Below the pieces are notes generated by a model, which was not told the DNA's origin, searched no databases, and worked only from the letters and a program-made list of their open reading frames with translations. DNA of 47,665 nt from the sequence record SRR20825006_1019; one strand, 5' to 3'. The position numbers were made by a program, and so were the translations under genes. Positions 1-10,163 of this stretch are shown here, piece after piece. The stretch's first letter is position 1. Every line of letters begins with the position of its first letter.

Positions 1-492
1 CGTTTGACGATCCAGACTTCCCAGTCGTGCGATGCCACTTCGAACCGCCGCGGCTTGCTCGCGATCTTGAGCCACGTTGTCAGGCGTGATGTCATCCACG
101 CAAGTTGCTTCCAGGGTTTCTGGATCGCACGCGGTGGCGGTTCGTTGACGGCTGAATCGATTGATTGCCATCCGGTGAACGATTTGACGCAACCATCCGC
201 CGAATGCTTCGGGCACGCGAAGTTGATCGAGCTTTTGCATCGCTTGGATGAAAACGTCTTGCGTCAATTCTTCGGCCTCGTGCACGTTGCGAACTCGGCT
301 GATTGCCAATGCGACAATGACAGGACGATATCGTTCGAACAAATCACCGAATGCCAATTGGTCTCCGCCTTGGGCGGCGATCACCAATTGGGCAACCGTT
401 TGACCGGAAGCGGATGCGGAAGTCGAGTTGCGAACGATTGCGTTGCCGTCGCTAGGCGACACGGTGGTCGTGAAATCAGGGGTGATCTTCAT
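1..492 (-). CDS. ECF-type RNA polymerase sigma-70 factor (3' end outside window)
   Basis: Manual minus-strand translation from ATG 492: MKITPDF...AAQGGDQLAFGDLFERYRPVIVALAISRVRNVHEAEELTQDVFIQAMQKLDQLRVPEAFGGWLRQIVHRMAIN, typical ECF region 2. GGAGG lies 9 nt upstream. The frame is open to the window edge, so it is absent from the ORF track. Alternative ATG at 501. Confidence 0.9.
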   Translation of the reverse strand, partial: MKITPDFTTTVSPSDGNAIVRNSTSASASGQTVAQLVIAAQGGDQLAFGDLFERYRPVIVALAISRVRNVHEAEELTQDVFIQAMQKLDQLRVPEAFGGWLRQIVHRMAINRFSRQRTATACDPETLEATCVDDITPDNVAQDREQAAAVRSGIARLGSLDRQT

Positions 493-860
493 GGTGTCCA
501 TCCTCCCGGAGTTCCGGGATTACTTTCCTGTTCAGGCCAGCCAAACGACTGCCTGCTGAATTGTTTCAAACCAGTTGGAAAACCCGATCGGTGAATCAGC
601 TCAATCGGCGAGCCCCGCGGACGGACGAGATTGCTTCGCTCAATGCAACAACGTTCTTGTCAGAAGTCTGGTTGAGAGACTTCCGCCATCGATTGGATCG
701 ATGGACGAAGATGCAGGCGAAGTTCTGATCCGAGCGGGGCGCTGCCGACGCGAAACGCGATGGGCGGCAAACGAAAAGTCGATGGCGTGACCCGAGGGTC
801 AGTCGTGCCAGAGACTTTTCGCGGCGTGCTTCAGTTCAATGCGAGGAAAAGGCTGGGGCC

Positions 861-1097
861 TTATCGCATGGACCTGTGACACGTTTGGTCTGTGGCAAAT
901 GAAAACCGCCAGGGTTTTATTGCCGCAAAACTGGCTGCCAGAGGCTCCGGGGCGCTGGACCCCGGATAACCGAGGCCCTCCCACTGCAATGAGCAGGTAT
1001 GGATGACGACGCACAGAGTCTCGGCAGCATTGGTACGCATGACATCCACGATGTGGGAAATGCGGACAACACGTTGAGTCGAGATCAGGTTACGCAT
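861..1097 (-). CDS. Small hypothetical protein / possible leader ORF (78 aa)
   Basis: ATG preceded by GGGAGG at 5 nt spacing (cagggaggattcgATG); same orientation as the ECF sigma gene; no recognisable family. Confidence 0.4.
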   Translation of the reverse strand: MRNLISTQRVVRISHIVDVMRTNAAETLCVVIHTCSLQWEGLGYPGSSAPEPLAASFAAIKPWRFSFATDQTCHRSMR

Positions 1098-1311
1098 CGA
1101 ATCCTCCCTGCGCCGATTTTCTCGGTGCGGTGATGGAGCTCAAAAACGGAAAGTAAGGACACCGAATTCGTTACAATCACGAACCGGTCAAGGGAATCAT
1201 GCCCGAGACCGACCGCTTCATGCAACGTCCCCGCCCGTACGGGGTGGTGATGTCGCTGACTGGTTAGAGGATTATTTCAGCAGAAGGTTCGCGGGAACAC
1301 AAAGTTATTTT

Positions 1312-2220
1312 GTGAAAAGCTCTGACTTTTTGACCGAAAGTGTGCAAAACACCAGCGAATTGCTGGCTCCGCTGCTTTTTCCGCCTGTTTGCGTTCTTTG
1401 TGGTGAGCTAACGGGAATCGCATCCGGCCGCGATGGTTCAGCCAAGGTTCCGTTGGTCTCCCGGCGGCGCTTCGCATCCTTCTGTCGGCTGTGTGAAACC
1501 TCCTTGGTCCAGTCCGCCCCATCGATGCAGGCTGCTTGCGTGCGATGTGCTTGGCCCGCGACGGGACACAGGCGAAGGTCTGCTAGCGAGGATTCAGGGC
1601 CAATCGATGACGCGGATAGCCAATTGGATGATCTGCCTTGTCAGGAGTGCGTTCGTCGTCAGACGCCTTTTTCATTTGAGACCGCCACGGCGGTTTATCG
1701 TTATCACGAAGTCGTCCGGCATGCGATTATCGCGGCGAAATACCCTCGCAATACCGCGATTGCTCGCGAATTGGCCGTTCGATTAGCGGATCGCTACCGC
1801 GAGAACGCGGCAATTCAGGCGAGAACGGTTTCCGATGGATCGGAGTCGTCCCCCTTGGTCACTCACGTGGCGAGCCCGTTTTGGCGGCAATTTCGTCGGG
1901 GCGGTGTCGGGACAGGATCTCTGGCAAGCCGATTCGCTCGCGAGATGAATTTCTCGTTTGGATCGCTTTTAGAAACCACGCGTTCGGTGCAGAAACAGGC
2001 GTTGTTGGATGATGCAGCCCGTCGCGAAAACGTGCGGGGAGCCTTTCGAGTTCGTCGACGATGGAGAAAACGCTTGTCAGGCGAACATATTCTTTTGGTC
2101 GATGATGTGATGACAACCGGAGCGACCGCCGATGAAATCTCTCGGGTGTTGCTGGATGCTGGTGCCGCCCGAGTCGATCTGCTGGTTGTCGCTCGGGCGA
2201 TTCGTGACGCACAAAAATGA
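1312..2220 (+). CDS. comF: ComF family protein (double zinc ribbon + phosphoribosyltransferase-like domain)
   Basis: LLFPPVCVLC, CRLC, CVRC and CQEC zinc motifs; RRENVRGAF; PRTase motif ILLVDDVMTTGATA. Start uncertain. Confidence 0.88.
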   Translation: MKSSDFLTESVQNTSELLAPLLFPPVCVLCGELTGIASGRDGSAKVPLVSRRRFASFCRLCETSLVQSAPSMQAACVRCAWPATGHRRRSASEDSGPIDDADSQLDDLPCQECVRRQTPFSFETATAVYRYHEVVRHAIIAAKYPRNTAIARELAVRLADRYRENAAIQARTVSDGSESSPLVTHVASPFWRQFRRGGVGTGSLASRFAREMNFSFGSLLETTRSVQKQALLDDAARRENVRGAFRVRRRWRKRLSGEHILLVDDVMTTGATADEISRVLLDAGAARVDLLVVARAIRDAQK

Positions 2221-2429
2221 AGCCAAAACCGTATCCATTCCTTTGGAATGGGACGGTTGGGCGGAGTTTGCGGGTTCGTGAATCGGCATTCCGTGTTAAA
2301 GTCTGTCGTGTGGTTGGACGCGGCGGCGGAAACAACGTCCCATTTCACGATGGCTTCTTCTCCATTCGGAGCGAAGTCCTTTTGGCGAGCGATCGTTCCA
2401 CTGATATTCTCATCCGGTTTTCCCGCACG

Positions 2430-3452
2430 ATGACTGAATCGACCGACACTCCTCTCGAAGTCCAAGCTGATGCATCCGCTCCACATAAAGGTGGGGCTCG
2501 CCGCGCGATTGTTCGCGGGTTGGGTGTCGTTCTGCCGCCACTGTTGACGATCGTGGTTTTGATTTGGGCTTGGAATGCGATCGAAAATTACGTCTTGTTG
2601 CCGGTTGAAACTGGTATTCGACGCTTTGTTCTGATTCCGGCGGTCAGTGAAACGTACGACCGTCCACCCGAAGGCGCTATCATCAACGACGCACCCGAAG
2701 GCTCACTGAGTAAGCCGAATCAGCGTGGGTTTACCTACAAAGGGTTGTCGTACGTTCCCGATCCGACCGGCCGACGCTATCTGCCCGGGTATGTGGTTCA
2801 ACGAGTTGATTCCGAGATCGATGCGTTTGGTCCGTATTCGGTTCCGCCGAACAGTGCGACGGCGTATTGGGACCGTTTCGTCCAGCTTCAGTACATGCCA
2901 CGATCGGTGGTTGTTCCGGTCTTTTTGATCGTGTTCTTTGTGCTGCTGTATTTCCTGGGGCGTCTATTCACGGGCGGGATTGGTCGTTGGTTTGTGACGA
3001 CATTTGATGCCACGATTTTGCGGATCCCAATCGTCAATAAGGTCTACGGTAGCGTCAAACAAATCACCGATTTTGCCTTTGATGATCGACAAATCGAATT
3101 CAACCGCGTTGTCGCGATTCAGTATCCACGTGATGGTATTTGGTCGCTCGGGTTTGTAACCGGCAATGGCATGCGTGAGATTTCAGAGGCTGCTGGCGAA
3201 CCAATGTTGAGCGTGTTGATGCCGACCAGTCCGATGCCAATGACCGGATTCACTGTCAGCGTTCGACGTAGCGAAGCGATCGATTTGAATTTGACAATCG
3301 ATGAAGCATTGCAGTTCATCGTCAGCTGCGGTGTGGTTGTTCCTTCCACCCAGCGATATGACCTGCCCGGCGGCAAGGCACCCAAGCAGATCGTCGTGCC
3401 AGCGATTGGTGAATCGGTCTCCAGAGACGGTGCCACCTCACCGAGTGCCTGA
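2430..3452 (+). CDS. DUF502 family membrane protein
   Basis: RGLGVVLPPLLT, RIPIVNKVYGSVKQI, QYPRDGIWSLGFVTG, PTSPMPMTGF and LTIDEALQFIVSCGV match the DUF502 pattern. Start moved to ATG 2430 (MTESTD). Confidence 0.85.
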   Translation: MTESTDTPLEVQADASAPHKGGARRAIVRGLGVVLPPLLTIVVLIWAWNAIENYVLLPVETGIRRFVLIPAVSETYDRPPEGAIINDAPEGSLSKPNQRGFTYKGLSYVPDPTGRRYLPGYVVQRVDSEIDAFGPYSVPPNSATAYWDRFVQLQYMPRSVVVPVFLIVFFVLLYFLGRLFTGGIGRWFVTTFDATILRIPIVNKVYGSVKQITDFAFDDRQIEFNRVVAIQYPRDGIWSLGFVTGNGMREISEAAGEPMLSVLMPTSPMPMTGFTVSVRRSEAIDLNLTIDEALQFIVSCGVVVPSTQRYDLPGGKAPKQIVVPAIGESVSRDGATSPSA

Positions 3453-3487
3453 TGCGGCCGCATCAAAACGGTTGATCTGAGAAGCGA

Positions 3488-3982
3488 TCATTCGTTCCAG
3501 GGCAATTTGCAAACGCCCCATTGGCCCGCGTTTTCGTCGACCGCCACTTCGATGGATGACAACGCTTTGCCGAATTGTTCTTTTGTTTGTTCGCGAACGT
3601 TTTCCGCAATCACGCGAGCAATTTCTTCGGCCGTGGTATTGATGACCGGCATGATGATGCAGTCTTCATTGGGGAACACCCAGCGGCGTTCGCGAAAACG
3701 TGCGGTTGTCTCCGTTTCGTCTTGCGTGACCAAGATTTCTTTGTGGTCACGCGGCAAAATCACGTGGTGATCGAGTGCTTGCGTTTGCTTTAGCACCGCA
3801 TCTCGAAGAGCAATGAAGTCGACCACGTATCGATTTTCATCCAGTGGGCCTTCGACGCTGACGCGGACACCGTAGTTGTGCCCGTGGATACGTTCGCAGA
3901 TGTCGCCCGCGAAAGTGATGAAGTGTGCGGCCGAAAAAATGAACTGCTCTTTGCAAACGTCGACGCGAAAGGTGGCTGACAT
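3488..3982 (-). CDS. queD: 6-carboxytetrahydropterin synthase / PTPS family protein
   Basis: FSAAHF, CERIHGHNY, VVDF, LDHH and TTAEEIA motifs; start set at MSATFRVDV (ATG 3982). Confidence 0.85.
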   Translation of the reverse strand: MSATFRVDVCKEQFIFSAAHFITFAGDICERIHGHNYGVRVSVEGPLDENRYVVDFIALRDAVLKQTQALDHHVILPRDHKEILVTQDETETTARFRERRWVFPNEDCIIMPVINTTAEEIARVIAENVREQTKEQFGKALSSIEVAVDENAGQWGVCKLPWNE

Positions 3983-4178
3983 GAATTGGCGACAATGAGA
4001 GTGGGGAAGGACCAATGATTCGATGTCGCAATGATAGACGAGCGTCCAATCGAGGGCACCCGATCCGTCATTCTCGCTTGCTCCAAAACCCGTGCCTGGT
4101 TTGCGCTGTGCTAACTTATCCTGGCAAGCTGTTGGTTGCAGTTTGCCGCTGGTCAGTGTTTTTGCGTGGATGGTTTGG

Positions 4179-5033
4179 ATGGAAGCTTTGCTGGAATGGC
4201 TCTCCGAGATGGAGTGGCGACGTGTCTTTCCGGAATTGGTCGGCAAGGCCGCAGGCGTGCTGCTTGGTATTGCGATCAGCTGGTGGGTTTTGTTTCGCAA
4301 GCGATTGAAGTACTTGGACAGACTGCGTCGCGGCGATTCAGACGAGCTGCTGTTTCAAGCTCACTATTTGTTGCCCGTCGACGGTGATCAAGGACCGGAC
4401 GGAACGGTGCAGTTGCTATTTCGCAATGTCGCTCCGCGGCGCACGATCGACGATGCCTATGACAATCCATCCGCCCGCGAAACGTTGAGACAATTGGCTC
4501 GCGCGACAACGTTGAATGCACCGATCGTTCCAACGGAGGGTCGTGTTGGCTTTGAGATTCTCAACGATGCCGCCAGTATTCTGACCGGTTGGCTTGCGAC
4601 TTCGTCGATGCCGCGAAAGGTTTGGTTGTTCTGCATGACTTGCGAAGACCGAAACGTGGTTCGCAAGGAATGCATTCGATGCTTTCTGTTTCAGGAAGAC
4701 GAGTTGCTTCGATTCGCCGATTGGAATTGGTGTCGCAAGCACGTTCGTGTGGAGCGTCCGTGGCATTGGTTGCGCGTTGTGACGCTGCACCGAATCGCTT
4801 GCTATCACCAGGATGAGCAGATTGCTTTGCCGGTCGCTTTGGATCGCAGCATTCCCTTCGTGGATGATCAGCGTCAGCATCGACGGGTCATGCGATTGGC
4901 GTTGGGGATTTGTGATTCGGAAGTGGCCACCAGCGAACCCTGCGAAGTTGATTGGGACGACAAAGAGCCCGTCCTTGTCCAGCGAGGCGTTTTAATGTCG
5001 TCGCCTACGCCTTCGTCACCACCAGCGGGGTAA
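4179..5033 (+). CDS. Hypothetical protein with one N-terminal membrane anchor
   Basis: Long ORF with hydrophobic AAGVLLGIAISWWVLF followed by basic RKRLK; start uncertain (4092-4209). Confidence 0.7.
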   Translation: MEALLEWLSEMEWRRVFPELVGKAAGVLLGIAISWWVLFRKRLKYLDRLRRGDSDELLFQAHYLLPVDGDQGPDGTVQLLFRNVAPRRTIDDAYDNPSARETLRQLARATTLNAPIVPTEGRVGFEILNDAASILTGWLATSSMPRKVWLFCMTCEDRNVVRKECIRCFLFQEDELLRFADWNWCRKHVRVERPWHWLRVVTLHRIACYHQDEQIALPVALDRSIPFVDDQRQHRRVMRLALGICDSEVATSEPCEVDWDDKEPVLVQRGVLMSSPTPSSPPAG

Positions 5034-5164
5034 GGGGCTTTCTGAGGGCCACAGGTGCTCAATTTACACATTACAATGTCAGCTCGTTCGGTTTCGGAGC
5101 ATGCACGGCGGCGAAGGTGTTTGGTCCAGCCGATCTCAACGCAATTGTTCAACGAGGACCACCG

Positions 5165-6553
5165 ATGAAACCTGCCCGCTCTGTTGTCTCGTCCGCTTCC
5201 GACCAAATTTCCAGTCCTGGTCAACCGCCGCTGGGATCATCCATTGATCGCCGCCGGTGGATGCAGTGGACGGGGGCCACGCTGGGGTTAGCTGCCTCTT
5301 CACACGGGATCGTTTCTTCGGCCAAAGCGGCCGAGAACATTGACCCCAATCGACCATTGAACTTGGCGGTCATTGGAGTCGCCAATCGTGGTTCAGCCAA
5401 CTTGGCCGGGGTGCAATCGCAAAACCTTACCGCACTTTGTGATGTCGACGAAAACTACTTGAAGGATGCCGGCAAACGTTTTCCGAAAGCAAAGTTGTAT
5501 CGCGACTATCGCGAGATGCTGCGAGAGGAAAACGATTTAGATGGTGTGGTGATCAGCACGCCGGATCACCATCACGCACCCGCCACGATTCGTGCGATTG
5601 AAAAAGGGTTGCACGTTTATTGTGAGAAACCTTTGACTCACACCGTTGCCGAAGCACGTGCCATTCGAATGGCAGCCAAGGAGGCTGGCGTTGTGACTCA
5701 GATGGGAACGCAGATTCACGCTGGTGCAAACTATCGCCGTGTCGTGGAGATGATTCAGGATGGTGTGATTGGTAACGTCACCCGAGTTCACGTGTGGGTT
5801 GGGAAAGGCTGGGGCGCGACCGAGTTGCCAGAGCCTCAGGGCGAAGCACCGTCCAATGTTGATTGGGATCTCTGGCTCGGCCCCGCACCCAAGATCGCCT
5901 ACACGCCGGGTTTGCATCCCGCATCGTGGCGTCGTTATCGTGCGTATGGTGCTGGCACACTGGGCGACATGGGATGTCACTATGTTGATTTGCCGTTTTG
6001 GGCACTGGGTTTGCATTTGCCATCCAGCATCGTTGCGGATGGACCGCCGCCTTCGGATGACTATTGCCCAACCGGATTGAAGGTTCGCTATCACTTTGAC
6101 GCGACCGACAAGCACGACGAGTTGGATCTGACTTGGTATGACGGCGATCGATCACCGAAAGAACTCGAAGGCATTTCGGTGCCCGGCAGCGGCGTGTTGT
6201 TTGTGGGCGACAAAGGAATGATGATCGCAACGTATGGCGATTACACGCTGCTACCCAAAGACAAATTCGCGGACTTCAAGCCGGCCGCACCACGCATCGC
6301 CGACTCAATCGGGCATCACATGGAATGGATGCAAGCGATTCGCGGTCAGGGCACGCCGCTTTGCCAATTTGATTACTCCGGGCCATTGACCGAAACCGTT
6401 CTGCTCGGAACAGTCGCACATCAGTGCGGTCGCGAATTGAAGTTCAACGCTTCCGAAATGGTTTGTACCGGGGACGAACAGGCCAACTCGCTATTGAGCA
6501 AAAATTATCGCGAGGGATGGTCGGTGGATGCGGCGGCCGCCGCGAACGTTTAG
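5165..6553 (+). CDS. Gfo/Idh/MocA family oxidoreductase with Tat signal
   Basis: DRRRWMQ twin-arginine signal; LNLAVIGVANRG, ISTPDHHH, HVYCEKPLT and GDMGCH motifs; GAGGA upstream of ATG 5165. Confidence 0.92.
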   Translation: MKPARSVVSSASDQISSPGQPPLGSSIDRRRWMQWTGATLGLAASSHGIVSSAKAAENIDPNRPLNLAVIGVANRGSANLAGVQSQNLTALCDVDENYLKDAGKRFPKAKLYRDYREMLREENDLDGVVISTPDHHHAPATIRAIEKGLHVYCEKPLTHTVAEARAIRMAAKEAGVVTQMGTQIHAGANYRRVVEMIQDGVIGNVTRVHVWVGKGWGATELPEPQGEAPSNVDWDLWLGPAPKIAYTPGLHPASWRRYRAYGAGTLGDMGCHYVDLPFWALGLHLPSSIVADGPPPSDDYCPTGLKVRYHFDATDKHDELDLTWYDGDRSPKELEGISVPGSGVLFVGDKGMMIATYGDYTLLPKDKFADFKPAAPRIADSIGHHMEWMQAIRGQGTPLCQFDYSGPLTETVLLGTVAHQCGRELKFNASEMVCTGDEQANSLLSKNYREGWSVDAAAAANV

Positions 6554-6701
6554 GCTATTGTCCCTCTTCGCGGATCGGGTCTTTTCGATTCGCAAGAAAG
6601 TCATCGGTGGGCGGTCGTTCGATACTGGACGATCGATCACCGTTTGAGCCTTGTGCCTCGCCCCTCCCCACCTCCCACCTATTTTCGTCTGTCCCCACTA
6701 G

Positions 6702-7661
6702 ATGAAATCTTCCTCCCCCATAGCCGACGCTCGCGATATGTCCCGTCTGTTCACTGCAGGCAATCGCTTGCAAGGCATCGTGCCTCCATTGATCACTCCT
6801 TTGCGTGCTCGTGACGAGCTAGACCAAGAGGGTTTGGAGCGGTTGATCGAGCACGTCATCGACGGTGGCGTTTCAGGAATCTTCATTCTTGGAACGACGG
6901 GTGAGGCGCCCAGTTTGAGTTACCGATTGCGCCGTGAGTTGATCACCGCCACAACTCGCTTGGTCGCGAAACGCGTTCCCGTGTTGGTCGGAGTGACGGA
7001 CACGGCATTTGTTGAATCGGTATCGATCGCCCATCATGCCGCCGATGCGGGAGCGGACGCAGCGGTCCTGACGACGCCCTATTATTTTCCGGCCGGACAA
7101 ACGGAGCTGACCGCTTATGTCCAGAACATCGCACCGGAAATTCCGTTGCCGTTGATGCTGTACAACATGCCTGGTTTGACCAAGGTTTGGTTTGAATTCG
7201 AAACGCTGAAGACGCTTTCTGACATCCAATCGATTGTGGGTGTCAAAGATAGCAGCGGTGACCTGGATTACTTCCGCCGTTTGTGCGATTTGCGAAATGA
7301 GGTGCGACAGGATTGGTCAATCTTGATCGGTCCCGAAGCCATGTTGCCGGAAGCTCATCAGTTGGGTGGCGACGGGGGAGTGGCCGGTGGCGCCAACGTG
7401 ATGACGCGTTGCTTTGTCGATTGCTACGAAGGCTTGACGGCGAACGACTCAGCGAAAACGGAAGCTGCCATTTCGAAGATTCGTCGTTTCCAAGACATCT
7501 ACGATGTGGGCAAGTATGCATCTCGTCACATCAAGGCGACCAAATGTGCCGCGTCGTTGCTAGGGATTTGCAGCGACCTTCCTGCGGATCCTTTTCACCG
7601 GTTCTTTGAACCTGAGCGGGAGAGAGTGGCTGCGATTCTTCGTGATCTGGACATTCTATGA
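6702..7661 (+). CDS. DHDPS/N-acetylneuraminate lyase family class I aldolase (probably catabolic)
   Basis: [19 protein letters not shown] and GVKDSSGD (Schiff-base Lys). Context is a transporter and GntR, not lysine biosynthesis. Confidence 0.88.
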   Translation: MKSSSPIADARDMSRLFTAGNRLQGIVPPLITPLRARDELDQEGLERLIEHVIDGGVSGIFILGTTGEAPSLSYRLRRELITATTRLVAKRVPVLVGVTDTAFVESVSIAHHAADAGADAAVLTTPYYFPAGQTELTAYVQNIAPEIPLPLMLYNMPGLTKVWFEFETLKTLSDIQSIVGVKDSSGDLDYFRRLCDLRNEVRQDWSILIGPEAMLPEAHQLGGDGGVAGGANVMTRCFVDCYEGLTANDSAKTEAAISKIRRFQDIYDVGKYASRHIKATKCAASLLGICSDLPADPFHRFFEPERERVAAILRDLDIL

Positions 7662-9286
7662 TTGCGGCGATGGCATTCACCGGCTTGGACTATGCCGTCC
7701 TAGTCGGTTACTTCATCGCGATCATGGCGATGGGGTTTTACTTCTGGGCGCGTAACCGTTCCGCTGATGATTTCACTGCTGGTGGTCGGTCGCTTCCGGG
7801 GTGGTTGTGTGGGTTGTCCATCTTCGCGACTTATCTCAGCAGCATCAGTTATCTGGCGCTGCCTGGCAAAGCGTTTGTCGACAATTGGAACGCGTTCATG
7901 TATTCGCTGGCGATCCCCGTTGCCGCTGCGATTGCGGTGCGATGGTTTCTGCCGCTCTATCGAAGCAGCGGCGAGGTGTCAGCGTACTCTTTGCTGGAAC
8001 GCCGCTTTGGACTCTGGGCTCGTTTGTTTGCCAGTGGATTCTATTTGCTGTATCAGATCGCTCGCATCGGCGTTGTGATGTACTTGATGGCACTGCCAAT
8101 GGCGGTGTTGTTCGGTTGGGACATTCGAGTGGTCATCCTGTGCACCGGAGTCGTGGTCACGGTGTACTCGTTTGTCGGCGGGATCGTCGCCGTGATTTGG
8201 GCCGATGCAATCCAAGCAATTGTGTTGTTGGCGGGGGCCTTGTTGGCACTGGCGATTCTGTTGATGGGGATGCCGGGTGGTCCAGCGGAAGTTTTGGCGG
8301 TGGCAAACGAGAACGAAAAGTTTTCGCTCGGAGACAGTTCCTTCCTCATTTTGTCAAAGCCAACGGTTTGGGTTGTGTTGGCGTTCGGTTTGTTTGACAA
8401 CCTTCGCAATTTTGGCGTCGATCAGAGCTATGTCCAACGCTACATCGCTTCCAGTTCCGACAAAGAAGCGGCTAAGAGTGTTTGGGTCGGGGCTTTGTTG
8501 TATGTGCCGGTTAGCGCGTTGTTCCTTTTCATTGGATCGTCGTTGTATGCGTACTACGAAGGCCATCCGCAGGACCTCGCCGAGGTGCGAACGATTGTGG
8601 CCGAGCAAAAGTTGATGCAGGACGGTGTGAGCAAAGAGGATGCTGATTACTCAACCCTTTTGTTGGAAACTTCGTCCAAGCTGAAAGATGAAGATTTGGG
8701 CGATCGGGTGTTCCCGCATTTCATCGCGGCAAATCTTCCGCAAGGTGTTCGAGGCTTGTTGATCGCCGCCGTGTTTGCTGCTGCGATGAGCACGGTGTCC
8801 ACTTCGTTGAACTCGTCGGCGACGCTGGTGATGAGCGACTTTTACAAGCGTCTGTTTCGCCAGGACTCAACGGATGCCCAGCACGTGGGTGTGTTGAGGA
8901 TGTCGACGGTTGCTTGGGGAGCGATGGGGACGGCGATGGCTCTTGCGCTGGTGCGTCTGACCGACAGCACGCTTGATGTCTGGTGGACATTGTCCGGTGT
9001 CTTAGGAGCCGGAATCGTCGGGCTGTTTTTGCTAGGGGTCACCGTGCCTCGATTGCACGGCGGGCCCGCCATCACCGCATTCGCGATCGGTGGAGTGGCA
9101 ATCGCGTGGATGACCATTTCTCAAACCAATGCTTGGCCCGAAGGTTGGGAAAGATATGCCAACCCGATGGACAAGCTGATGACAATCGTCGTCGGCCCAT
9201 GCTTGATGATCGCAATCGGATCAATCTTTGCTGCCACGGGATTGGTTGGCGATCAAACTTCGCGAAAAGATTGGAGCGAAAGTTGA
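7658..9286 (+). CDS. Sodium:solute symporter (SSS family)
   Basis: Many TM segments; [34 protein letters not shown] and [13 protein letters not shown]; overlaps the aldolase stop. Confidence 0.93.
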   Translation: MIAAMAFTGLDYAVLVGYFIAIMAMGFYFWARNRSADDFTAGGRSLPGWLCGLSIFATYLSSISYLALPGKAFVDNWNAFMYSLAIPVAAAIAVRWFLPLYRSSGEVSAYSLLERRFGLWARLFASGFYLLYQIARIGVVMYLMALPMAVLFGWDIRVVILCTGVVVTVYSFVGGIVAVIWADAIQAIVLLAGALLALAILLMGMPGGPAEVLAVANENEKFSLGDSSFLILSKPTVWVVLAFGLFDNLRNFGVDQSYVQRYIASSSDKEAAKSVWVGALLYVPVSALFLFIGSSLYAYYEGHPQDLAEVRTIVAEQKLMQDGVSKEDADYSTLLLETSSKLKDEDLGDRVFPHFIAANLPQGVRGLLIAAVFAAAMSTVSTSLNSSATLVMSDFYKRLFRQDSTDAQHVGVLRMSTVAWGAMGTAMALALVRLTDSTLDVWWTLSGVLGAGIVGLFLLGVTVPRLHGGPAITAFAIGGVAIAWMTISQTNAWPEGWERYANPMDKLMTIVVGPCLMIAIGSIFAATGLVGDQTSRKDWSES

Positions 9287-9948
9287 AGACCCTTCAGGAT
9301 GTGGTTCGACGCTGCTTCGTGCGCCGCTTCGGCATTCCCGTTCTGAATGGCCGTGAAGATCTTTTCGTGTTCGTTGCAGGTGTTCTCCATCACGTCGGCA
9401 CCTTGGCGATGCATCCAAATACCAAACACTCGAGTCAAAATGTTGGACTGGGTAGACGTCCGGACGAGCGTGTGGTTACCGGTCGCTTCGACGATTCGCA
9501 GGTGGAAGTTGTGATCCGCCTGATTGAATTGGTAAGCGATCTCTTGGCTTTCTTCCGGCGAATTGGTTTGCTTCTGACGCTCGACCAATTCCCGCATCGT
9601 GTTGTATTCCTTCGCAATCAGCTGAATGTCTTCCGACGTCGAACGTTCGGAAGCACGTGCCGATGCGAAGGGTTCAATCAGGTTGCGGACCTCGTAAAGT
9701 TCCTGCACCTCAGGTTCGTTGATCGAGCGAACGACCGCGCCAATTTGCGGAACCAGCTCAACCATGCCTTCGGTCGCCAATTGACCCGCGGCTTCGCGAA
9801 CGGGAGTAGCGGACACGCCGATTTCTTTCCCGATCGGACCATACAGCAACCTGGTGCCGGGCTTGAATTCGCCCGAGATCAATTTTTGACGCAGGTGATG
9901 ATAGGCACGGCTAGCGTGCGTTTCGACTTGGTGACGCCCTGGAGTCAT
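9253..9948 (-). CDS. GntR family (FCD) transcriptional regulator
   Basis: wHTH AYHHLRQKLISGEFKPG...IGVSATPVREA; FCD motifs ELYEVRNLIE, ADHNFHLRI and EHEKIFTAI. Confidence 0.92.
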   Translation of the reverse strand: MTPGRHQVETHASRAYHHLRQKLISGEFKPGTRLLYGPIGKEIGVSATPVREAAGQLATEGMVELVPQIGAVVRSINEPEVQELYEVRNLIEPFASARASERSTSEDIQLIAKEYNTMRELVERQKQTNSPEESQEIAYQFNQADHNFHLRIVEATGNHTLVRTSTQSNILTRVFGIWMHRQGADVMENTCNEHEKIFTAIQNGNAEAAHEAASNHILKGLQLSLQSFREV

Positions 9949-10163
9949 TGTCGTGAAGTGGGTGTGGGGAGGGACGAGATGGATCCGGGGCCGATGCGTT
10001 GGAACACAATCGGGGCACTCATTCTACCAGTGACGCAACATCGGTCCTATGCGTCTATAGATGCGGGCACCCAGACGCATTGCAGCGAAGTCTATGCACT
10101 CAGGGTGTCGCAGGACGATGCAATCGGCCTCTCTTCCATCTGCTTTCAATCGTGGGTGGCGGC

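Noticed and set aside
4..594. 196-aa plus-strand ORF
   Set aside because: Antisense shadow of the ECF sigma gene on the minus strand.
6702..7661. Naming the aldolase dapA or nanA
   Set aside because: The motifs do not discriminate family members and the context is catabolic; no symbol assigned.
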